Below the pieces are notes generated by a model. It did no database searches. It saw nothing but the letters and a program-made list of their open reading frames with translations, and was not told the origin of the DNA. Positions 11,001 to 23,400 of a DNA stretch of 64,000 nucleotides are shown piece by piece. How positions within the stretch are numbered: position 1 is the stretch's first letter; each line of letters starts with the position of its first letter. Source of the stretch: Auanema rhodensis (Eukaryota; Animalia; Nematoda). The stretch lies in assembly GCA_964057225.1 (NCBI GenBank), contig OZ059896.1, positions 22,754,001-22,818,000 of the forward strand, given 5' to 3'. The translations under genes and the position numbers were made by a program.

Positions 11001-14000
11001 TTACGTGATCTTTAATTTATGCTAATTAAATGTACACGTGATGTGCACTTGGTATGTAACTCGCTTCACGTGAAAGATAAAGAGATGCGGTTTTCAAAAT
11101 TAGATTTCCCATGTCCATATTAGTCTAGAAACAAATTTCTATTGATATTGGTTTATGGTAACCATATCTTTGAAATTTACGTGAACTTTAATTTATGCTA
11201 ATTAAATGTACACGTGATGTGCACTTGGTATGTAACTCGCTTCACGTGAAAGATAAAGAGATGCGGTTTTCAAAATTAGATTCCCCATGTCCATATTAGT
11301 CTAGAAACAAATTTCTATTGATATTGGTTCATGGTAACCATGACTTTGAAATTTACGTGAACTTTAATTTATGCTAATTAAATGTACACGTGATGTGCAC
11401 TTGGTATGTAACTCGCTTCACGTGAAAGATAAAGAGATGCGGTTTTCAAAATTAGATTTCCCATGTCCATATTAGTCTAAAAACAAATTTCTATTGATAT
11501 TGGTTCATGGTAACCATGACTTTGAAATTTACGTGAACTTTAATTTATGCTAATTAAATGTACACGTGATGTGCACTTGGTATGTAACTCGCTTCACGTG
11601 AAAGATAAAGAGATGCGGTTTTCAAAATTAGATTCCCCATGTCCATATTAGTCTAAAAACAAATTTTTATTAATATTGGTTCATGGTAACCATGACTTTG
11701 AAATTTACGTGAACTTTAATTTATGCTAATTAAATGTACACGTGATGTGCACTTGGTATGTAACTCGCTTCACGTGTAAGATAAAGAGATGCGGTTTTCA
11801 AAATTAGATTCCCCATGTCCATATTAGTCTAAAAACAAATTTTTATTGATATTGGTTCATGGTAACCATGACTTTGAAATTTACGTGAACTTTAATTTAT
11901 GCTAATTAAATGTACACGTGATGTGCACTTGGTATGTAACTCGCTTCACGTGAAAGATAAAGAGATGCGGTTTTCAAAATTAGATTCCCCATGTCCATAT
12001 TAGTCTAAAAACAAATTTCTATCGATATTGGTTTATGGTAACCATGTCTTTGAAATTTACGTGAACTTTAATTTATGCTAATTAAATGTACACGTGATGT
12101 GCACTTGGTATGTAACTCGCTTCACGTAAAAGATGAAGAGATGCGGTTTTCAAAATTAGATTCCCCATGTCCATATTAGTTTAAAAACAAATTTTTATTG
12201 ATATTGGTTCATGGTAACCATGTCTTTGAAATTTACGTGAACTTTAATTTATGCTAATTAAATGTACACGTGATGTGCTCTTGGTATGTAACTCGCTTCA
12301 CGTGAAAGATAAAGAGATGCGGTTTTCAAAATTAGATTCCCCATGTCCATATTAGTCTAAAAACAAATTTTTATTAATATTGGTTCATGGTAACCATGAC
12401 TTTGAAATTTACGTGAACTTTAATTTATGCTAATTAAATGTACACGTGATGTGCACTTGGTATGTAACTCGCTTCACGTGAAAGATAAAAAGATGCAGTT
12501 TTCAAAATTAGATTCCCCATGTCCATATTAGTCTAAAAACAAATTTTTATTGATATTGGTTTATGGTAACCATGTCTTTGAAATTTACGTGAACTTTAAT
12601 TTATGCTAATTAAATGTACACGTGATGTGCACTTGGTATGTAACTTGCTTCACGTGAAAGATAAAGAGATGCGGTTTTCAAAATTAGATTCCCCATGTCC
12701 ATATTAGTCTAAAAACAAATTTCTATCGATATTGGTTTATGGTAACCATGTCTTTGAAATTTACGTGAACTTTAATTTATGCTAATTAAATGTACACGTG
12801 ATGTGCACTTGGTATGTAACTCGCTTCACGTAAAAGATGAAGAGATGCGGTTTTCAAAATTAGATTCCCCATGTCCATATTAGTTTAAAAACAAATTTTT
12901 ATTGATATTGGTTCATGGTAACCATGTCTTTGAAATTTACGTGAACTTTAATTTATGCTAATTAAATGTACACGTGATGTGCTCTTGGTATGTAACTCGC
13001 TTCACGTGAAAGATAAAGAGATGCGGTTTTCAAAATTAGATTCCCCATGTCCATATTAGTCTAAAAACAAATTTTTATTAATATTGGTTCATGGTAACCA
13101 TGACTTTGAAATTTACGTGAACTTTAATTTATGCTAATTAAATGTACACGTGATGTGCACTTGGTATGTAACTCGCTTCACGTGAAAGATAAAAAGATGC
13201 AGTTTTCAAAATTAGATTCCCCATGTCCATATTAGTCTAAAAACAAATTTTTATTGATATTGGTTCATGGTAACCATGACTTTGAAATTTACGTGAACTT
13301 TAATTTATGCTAATTAAATGTACACGTGATGTGCACTTGGTATGTAACTCGCTTCACGTGAAAGATAAAGAGATGCGGTTTTCAAAATTAGATTCCCCAT
13401 GTCCATATTAGTCTAAAAACAAATTTCTATTGATATTGGTTTATGGTAACCATGTCTTTGAAATTTACGTGAACTTTAATTTATGCTAATTAAATGTACA
13501 CGTGATGTGCACTTGGTATGTAACTCGCTTCACGTGAAAAATAAAGAGATGCGGTTTTCAAAATTAGATTCCCCATGTCCATATTAGTCTAAAAACAAAT
13601 TTTTATTAATATTGGTTCATGGTAACCATGTCTTTGAAAATTACGTGAACTTTAATTTATGCTAATTAAATGTACACGTGATGTGCACTTGGTATGTAAC
13701 TCGCTTCACGTGAAAGATGAAGAGATGCGGTTTTCAAAATTAGATTCCCCATGTCCATATTAGTTTAAAAACAAATTTTTATTGATATTGGTTCATGGTA
13801 ACCATGACTTTGAAATTTACGTGAACTTTAATTTATGCTAATTAAATGTACACGTGATGTGCACTTGGTATGTAACTCGCTTCACGTGAAAGATAAAGAG
13901 ATGCGGTTTTCAAAATTAGATTCCCCATGTCCATATTAGTCTAAAAACAAATTTTTATTGATATTGGTTCATGGTAACCATGACTTTGAAATTTACGTGA

Positions 14001-14431
14001 ACTTTAATTTATGCTAATTAAATGTACACGTGATGTGCACTTGGTATGTAACTCGCTTCACGTGAAAGATAAAGAGATGCGGTTTTCAAAATTAGATTTC
14101 CCATGTCCATATTAGTCTAAAAACAAATTTCTATTGATATTGGTTCATGGTAACCATGACTTTGAAATTTACGTGAACTTTAATTTATGCTAATTAAATG
14201 TACACGTGATGTGCACTTGGTATGTAACTCGCTTCACGTGAAAGATAAAGAGATGCGGTTTTCAAAATTAGATTCCCCATGTCCATATTAGTCTAAAAAC
14301 AAATTTTTATTAATATTGGTTCATGGTAACCATGACTTTGAAATTTACGTGAACTTTAATTTATGCTAATTAAATGTACACGTGATGTGCACTTGGTATG
14401 TAACTCGCTTCACGTGTAAGATAAAGAGATG

Positions 14432-17423
14432 CGGTTTTCAAAATTAGATTCCCCATGTCCATATTAGTTTAAAAACAAATTTTTATTGATATTGGTTCAT
14501 GGTAACCATGTCTTTGAAATTTACGTGAACTTTAATTTATGCTAATTAAATGTACACGTGATGTGCTCTTGGTATGTAACTCGCTTCACGTGAAAGATAA
14601 AGAGATGCGGTTTTCAAAATTAGATTCCCCATGTACATATTAGTCTAAAAACAAATTTTTATTGATATTGGTGCATGGTAACCATGACTTTGAAATTTAC
14701 GTGAACTTTAATTTATGCTAATTAAATGTACACGTGGTGTGCACTTGGTATGTAACTCGCTTCACGTGAAAGATGAAGAGATGCGGTTTTCAAAAGTAGA
14801 TTCCCCATGTACATATTAGTCTAAAAACAAATTTTTATTGATATTGGTGCATGGTAACCATGACTTTGAAATTTACGTGAACTTTAATTTATGCTAATTA
14901 AATGTACACGTGATGTGCACTTGGTATGTAACTCGCTTCACGTGAAAGATGAAGAGATGCGGTTTTGAAAAGTAGATTCCCCATGTCCATATTAGTCTAA
15001 AAACAAATTTTTATTGATATTGGTGCATGGTAACCATGACTTTGAAATTTACGTGAACTTTAATTTATGCTAATTAAATGTACACGTGATGTGCACTTGG
15101 TATGTAACTCGCTTCACGTGAAAGATAAAGAGATGCGGTTTTCAAAATTAGATTCCCCATGTCCATATTAGTCTAAAAACAAATTTCTATTGATATTGGT
15201 TTATGGTAACCATATCTTTGAAATTTACGTGAACTTTAATTTATGCTAATTAAATGTACACGTGATGTGCACTTGGTATGTAACTCGCTTCACGTGAAAG
15301 ATAAAGAGATGCGGTTTTCAAAATTAGATTCCCCATGTCCATATTAGTCTAAAAACAAATTTTTATTGATATTGGTTCATGGTAACCATGACTTTGAAAT
15401 TTACGTGAACTTTAATTTATGCTAATTAAATGTACACGTGATGTGCACTTGGTATGTAACTCGCTTCACGTGAAAGATAAAGAGATGCGGTTTTCAAAAT
15501 TAGATTCCCCATGTCCATATTAGTTTAAAAACAAATTTTTATTGATATTGGTTCATGGTAACCATGACTTTGAAATTTACGTGAACTTTAATTTATGCTA
15601 ATTAAATGTACACGTGATGTGCACTTGGTATGTAACTCGCTTCACGTGAAAGATAAAGAGATGCGGTTTCCAAAATTAGATTCCCCATGTCCATATTAGT
15701 CTAAAAACAAATTTTTATTGATATTGGTTCATGGTAACCATGACTTTGAAATTTACGTGAACTTTAATTTATGCTAATTAAATGTACACGTGATGTGCAC
15801 TTGGTATGTAACTCGCTTCACGTGAAAGATAAAGAGATGCGGTTTTCAAAATTAGATTTCCCATGTCCAAATTAGTCTAAAAACAAATTTCTATTGATAT
15901 TGGTTCATGGTAACCATGACTTTGAAATTTACGTGAACTTTAATTTATGCTAATTAAATGTACACGTGATGTGCACTTGGTATGTAACTCGCTTCACGTG
16001 AAAGATAAAGAGATGCGGTTTTCAAAATTAGATTCCCCATGTCCATATTAGTCTAAAAACAAATTTTTATTAATATTGGTTCATGGTAACCATGACTTTG
16101 AAATTTACGTGAACTTTAATTTATGCTAATTAAATGTACACGTGATGTGCACTTGGTATGTAACTCGCTTCACGTGTAAGATAAAGAGATGCGGTTTTCA
16201 AAATTAGATTCCCCATGTCCATATTAGTCTAAAAACAAATTTTTATTGATATTGGTTCATGGTAACCATGACTTTGAAATTTACGTGAACTTTAATTTAT
16301 GCTAATTAAATGTACACGTGATGTGCACTTGGTATGTAACTCGCTTCACGTGAAAGATAAAGAGATGCGGTTTTCAAAATTAGATTCCCCATGTCCATAT
16401 TAGTCTAAAAACAAATTTCTATCGATATTGGTTTATGGTAACCATGTCTTTGAAATTTACGTGAACTTTAATTTATGCTAATTAAATGTACACGTGATGT
16501 GCACTTGGTATGTAACTCGCTTCACGTAAAAGATGAAGAGATGCGGTTTTCAAAATTAGATTCCCCATGTCCATATTAGTTTAAAAACAAATTTTTATTG
16601 ATATTGGTTCATGGTAACCATGTCTTTGAAATTTACGTGAACTTTAATTTATGCTAATTAAATGTACACGTGATGTGCTCTTGGTATGTAACTCGCTTCA
16701 CGTGAAAGATAAAGAGATGCGGTTTTCAAAATTAGATTCCCCATGTACATATTAGTCTAAAAACAAATTTTTATTGATATTGGTGCATGGTAACCATGAC
16801 TTTGAAATTTACGTGAACTTTAATTTATGCTAATTAAATGTACACGTGGTGTGCACTTGGTATGTAACTCGCTTCACGTGAAAGATGAAGAGATGCGGTT
16901 TTCAAAAGTAGATTCCCCATGTACATATTAGTCTAAAAACAAATTTTTATTGATATTGGTGCATGGTAACCATGACTTTGAAATTTACGTGAACTTTAAT
17001 TTATGCTAATTAAATGTACACGTGATGTGCACTTGGTATGTAACTCGCTTCACGTGAAAGATGAAGAGATGCGGTTTTGAAAAGTAGATTCCCCATGTCC
17101 ATATTAGTCTAAAAACAAATTTTTATTGATATTGGTGCATGGTAACCATGACTTTGAAATTTACGTGAACTTTAATTTATGCTAATTAAATGTACACGTG
17201 ATGTGCACTTGGTATGTAACTCGCTTCACGTGAAAGATAAAGAGATGCGGTTTTCAAAATTAGATTCCCCATGTCCATATTAGTCTAAAAACAAATTTCT
17301 ATTGATATTGGTTTATGGTAACCATATCTTTGAAATTTACGTGAACTTTAATTTATGCTAATTAAATGTACACGTGATGTGCACTTGGTATGTAACTCGC
17401 TTCACGTGAAAGATAAAGAGATG
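14432..17423. repeat. Duplicated block of about 5 monomers at a 12-monomer offset (C28A/T66G/T13G lineage)
   Basis: Private variants cacgtgGtg at 14737 and 16849, and ttttGaaaag at 14967 and 17079, both differ by 2112. Confidence 0.85.
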
Positions 17424-20400
17424 CGGTTTTCAAAATTAGATTCCCCATGTCCATATTAGTCTAAAAACAAATTTTTATTGATATTGGTTCATGGTAACCA
17501 TGTCTTTGAAATTTACGTGAACTTTAATTTATGCTAATTAAATGTACACGTGATGTGCACTCGGTATGTAACTCGCTTCACGTGAAAAATAAAGAGATGC
17601 GGTTTCCAAAATTAGATTCCCCATGTCCATATTAGTCTAAAAACAAATTTTTATTAATATTGGTTCATGGTAACCATGACTTTGAAATTTACGTGAACTT
17701 TAATTTATGCTAATTAAATGTACACGTGATGTGCACTTGGTATGTAACTCGCTTCACGTGAAAGATAAAGAGATGCGGTTTTCAAAATTAGATTCCCCAT
17801 GTCCATATTAGTCTAAAAACAAAATTTTATTGATATTGGTTCATGGTAACCATGACTTTGAAATTTACGTGAACTTTAATTTATGCTAATTAAATGTACA
17901 CGTGATGTGCACTTGGTATGTAACTCGCTTCACGTGAAAGATAAAGAGATGCGGTTTTCAAAATTAGATTCCCCATGTCCATATTAGTCTAAAAACAAAT
18001 TTCTATTGATATTGGTTTATGGTAACCATGTCTTTGAAATTTACGTGAACTTTAATTTATGCTAATTAAATGTACACGTGATGTGCACTTGGTATGTAAC
18101 TCGCTTCACGTGAAAGATAAAGAGATGCGGTTTTCAAAATTAGATTCCCCATGTCCATATTAGTCTAAAAACAAATTTTTATTAATATTGGTTCATGGTA
18201 ACCATGTCTTTGAAATTTACGTGAACTTTAATTTATGCTAATTAAATGTACACGTGATGTGCACTTGGTATGTAACTCGCTTCACGTGAAAGATAAAAAG
18301 ATGCAGTTTTCAAAATTAGATTCCCCATGTCCATATTAGTCTAAAAACAAATTTTTATTGATATTGGTTCATGGTAACCATGTCTTTGAAATTTACGTGA
18401 ACTTTAATTTATGCTAATTAAATCTACACGTGATGTGCACTTGGTATGTAACTCGCTTCACGTGAAAAATAAAAAGATGCGGTTTTCAAAATTAGATTCC
18501 CCATGTCCATATTAGTCTAAAAACAAATTTTTATTAATATTGGTTCATGGTAACCATGACTTTGAAATTTACGTGAACTTTAATTTATGCTAATTAAATG
18601 TACACGTGATGAGCACTTGGTATGTAACTCGCTTCACGTGAAAGATAAAGAGATGCGGTTTTCAAAATTAGATTCCCCATGTCCATATTAGTCTAAAAAC
18701 AAATTTTTATTGATATTGGTTCATGGTAACCATGACTTTGAAATTTACGTGAACTTTAATTTATGCTAATTAAATGTACACGTGATGTGCACTTGGTATG
18801 TAACTCGCTTCACGTGAAAGATAAAGAGATGCGGTTTTCAAAATTAGATTCCCCATGTCCATATTAGTCTAAAAACAAATTTCTATTGATATTGGTTTAT
18901 GGTAACCATGTCTTTGAAATTTACGTGAACTTTAATTTATGCTAATTAAATCTACACGTGATGTGCACTTGGTATGTAACTCGCTTCACGTGAAAAATAA
19001 AAAGATGCGGTTTTCAAAATTAGATTCCCCATGTCCATATTAGTCTAAAAACAAATTTTTATTAATATTGGTTCATGGTAACCATGTCTTTGAAATTTAC
19101 GTGAACTTTAATTTATGCTAATTAAATGTACACGTGATGTGCACTTGGTATGTAACTCGCTTCACGTGAAAGATAAAAAGATGCAGTTTTCAAAATTAGA
19201 TTCCCCATGTCCATATTAGTCTAAAAACAAATTTTTATTGATATTGGTTCATGGTAACCATGTCTTTGAAATTTACGTGAACTTTAATTTATGCTAATTA
19301 AATCTACACGTGATGTGCACTTGGTATGTAACTCGCTTCACGTGAAAAATAAAAAGATGCGGTTTTCAAAATTAGATTCCCCATGTCCATATTAGTCTAA
19401 AAACAAATTTTTATTAATATTGGTTCATGGTAACCATGACTTTGAAATTTACGTGAACTTTAATTTATGCTAATTAAATGTACACGTGATGAGCACTTGG
19501 TATGTAACTCGCTTCACGTGAAAGATAAAGAGATGCGGTTTTCAAAATTAGATTCCCCATGTCCATATTAGTCTAAAAACAAATTTTTATTGATATTGGT
19601 TCATGGTAACCATGACTTTGAAATTTACGTGAACTTTAATTTATGCTAATTAAATGTACACGTGATGTGCACTTGGTATGTAACTCGCTTCACGTGAAAG
19701 ATAAAGAGATGCGGTTTTCAAAATTAGATTCCCCATGTCCATATTAGTCTAAAAACAAATTTTTATTGATATTGGTTCATGGTAACCATGACTTTGAAAT
19801 TTACGTGAACTTTAATTTATGCTAATTAAATGTACACGTGATGTGCACTTGGTATGTAACTCGCTTCACGTGAAAGATAAAGAGATGCGGTTTTCAAAAT
19901 TAGATTCCCCATGTCCATATTAGTCTAAAAACAAATTTTTATTAATATTGGTTCATGGTAACCATGTCTTTGAAATTTACGTGAACTTTAATTTATGCTA
20001 ATTAAATGTACACGTGATGTGCACTTGGTATGTAACTCGCTTCACGTGAAAGATAAAGAGATGCGGTTTTCAAAATTAGATTCCCCATGTCCATATTAGT
20101 CTAAAAACAAATTTTTATTGATATTGGTTCATGGTAACCATGACTTTGAAATTTACGTGAACTTTAATTTATGCTAATTAAATGTACACGTGATGTGCAC
20201 TTGGTATGTAACTCGCTTCACGTGAAAGATAAAGAGATGCGGTTTTCAAAATTAGATTCCCCATGTCCATATTAGTCTAAAAACAAATTTCTATTGATAT
20301 TGGTTTATGGTAACCATGTCTTTGAAATTTACGTGAACTTTAATTTATGCTAATTAAATCTACACGTGATGTGCACTTGGTATGTAACTCGCTTCACGTG

Positions 20401-23400
20401 AAAAATAAAAAGATGCGGTTTTCAAAATTAGATTCCCCATGTCCATATTAGTCTAAAAACAAATTTTTATTAATATTGGTTCATGGTAACCATGACTTTG
20501 AAATTTACGTGAACTTTAATTTATGCTAATTAAATGTACACGTGATGTGCACTTGGTATGTAACTCGCTTCACGTGAAAGATAAAGAGATGCGGTTTTCA
20601 AAATTAGATTCCCCATGTCCATATTAGTCTAAAAACAAATTTCTATTGATATTGGTTCATGGTAACCATGACTTTGAAATTTACGTGAACTTTAATTTAT
20701 GCTAATTAAATGTACACGTGATGTGCACTTGGTATGTAACTCGCTTCACGTGAAAGATAAAGAGATGCGGTTTTCAAAATTAGATTCCCCATGTCCATAT
20801 TAGTCTAAAAACAAATTTTTATTGATATTGGTTCATGGTAACCATGACTTTGAAATTTACGTGAACTTTAATTTATGCTAATTAAATGTACACGTGATGT
20901 GCACTTGGTATGTAACTCGCTTCACGTGAAAGATAAAGAGATGCGGTTTTCAAAATTAGATTCCCCATGTCCATATTAGTCTAAAAACAAATTTTTATTA
21001 ATATTGGTTCATGGTAACCATGTCTTTGAAATTTACGTGAACTTTAATTTATGCTAATTAAATGTACACGTGATGTGCACTTGGTATGTAACTCGCTTCA
21101 CGTGAAAGATAAAGAGATGCGGTTTTCAAAATTAGATTCCCCATGTCCATATTAGTCTAAAAACAAATTTTTATTGATATTGGTTCATGGTAACCATGAC
21201 TTTGAAATTTACGTGAACTTTAATTTATGCTAATTAAATGTACACGTGATGTGCACTTGGTATGTAACTCGCTTCACGTGAAAGATAAAGAGATGCGGTT
21301 TTTAAAATTAGATTCCCCATGTCCATATTAGTCTAAAAACAAATTTTTATTAATATTGGTTCATGGTAACCATGTCTTTGAAATTTACGTGAACTTTAAT
21401 TTATGCTAATTAAATGTACACGTGATGTGCTCTTGGTATGTAACTCGCTTCACGTGAAAGATAAAGAGATGCGGTTTTCAAAATTAGATTCCCCATGTCC
21501 ATTTTAGTCTAAAAACAAATTTTTATTGATATTGGTTTATGGTAACCATATCTTTGAAATTTACGTGAACTTTAATTTATGCTAATTAAATGTACACGTG
21601 ATGTGCACTTGGTATGTAACTCGCTTCACGTGAAAGATAAAGAGATGCGGTTTTCAAAATTAGATTCCCCATGTCCATATTAGTCTAAAAACAAATTTTT
21701 ATTGATATTGGTTCATGGTAACCATGACTTTGAAATTTACGTGAACTTTAATTTATGCTAATTAAATGTACACGTGATGTGCACTTGGTATGTAACTCGC
21801 TTCACGTGAAAGATAAAGCGATGCGGTTTTCAAAATTAGATTCCCCATGTCCATATTAGTCTAAAAACAAATTTTTATTAATATTGGTTCATGGTAACCA
21901 TGTCTTTGAAATTTACGTGAACTTTAATTTATGCTAATTAAATGTACACGTGATGTGCACTTGGTATGTAACTCGCTTCACGTGAAAAATAAAAAGATGC
22001 GGTTTTCAAAATTAGATTCCCCATGTCCATATTAGTCTAAAAACAAATTTTTATTAATATTGGTTCATGGTAACCATGACTTTGAAATTTACGTGAACTT
22101 TAATTTATGCTAATTAAATGTACACGTGATGTGCACTTGGTATGTAACTCGCTTCACGTGAAAGATAAAGAGATGCGGTTTTCAAAATTAGATTCCCCAT
22201 GTCCATATTAGTCTAAAAACAAATTTTTATTGATATTGGTTCATGGTAACCATGACTTTGAAATTTACGTGAACTTTAATTTATGCTAATTAAATGTACA
22301 CGTGATGTGCACTTGGTATGTAACTCGCTTCACGTGAAAGATAAAGAGATGCGGTTTTCAAAATTAGATTCCCCATGTCCATATTAGTCTAAAAACAAAT
22401 TTTTATTGATATTGGTTCATGGTAACCATGACTTTGAAATTTACGTGAACTTTAATTTATGCTAATTAAATGTACACGTGATGTGCACTTGGTATGTAAC
22501 TCGCTTCACGTGAAAGATAAAGAGATGCGGTTTTCAAAATTAGATTCCCCATGTCCATATTAGTCTAAAAACAAATTTTTATTAATATTGGTTCATGGTA
22601 ACCATGTCTTTGAAATTTACGTGAACTTTAATTTATGCTAATTAAATGTACACGTGATGTGCACTTGGTATGTAACTCGCTTCACGTGAAAGATAAAGAG
22701 ATGCGGTTTTCAAAATTAGATTCCCCATGTCCATATTAGTCTAAAAACAAATTTTTATTGATATTGGTTCATGGTAACCATGACTTTGAAATTTACGTGA
22801 ACTTTAATTTATGCTAATTAAATGTACACGTGATGTGCACTTGGTATGTAACTCGCTTCACGTGAAAGATAAAGAGATGCGGTTTTTAAAATTAGATTCC
22901 CCATGTCCATATTAGTCTAAAAACAAATTTTTATTAATATTGGTTCATGGTAACCATGTCTTTGAAATTTACGTGAACTTTAATTTATGCTAATTAAATG
23001 TACACGTGATGTGCTCTTGGTATGTAACTCGCTTCACGTGAAAGATAAAGAGATGCGGTTTTCAAAATTAGATTCCCCATGTCCATTTTAGTCTAAAAAC
23101 AAATTTTTATTGATATTGGTTTATGGTAACCATATCTTTGAAATTTACGTGAACTTTAATTTATGCTAATTAAATGTACACGTGATGTGCACTTGGTATG
23201 TAACTCGCTTCACGTGAAAGATAAAGAGATGCGGTTTTCAAAATTAGATTCCCCATGTCCATATTAGTCTAAAAACAAATTTTTATTGATATTGGTTTAT
23301 GGTAACCATATCTTTGAAATTTACGTGAACTTTAATTTATGCTAATTAAATGTACACGTGATGTGCTCTTGGTATGTAACTCGCTTCACGTGAAAGATAA

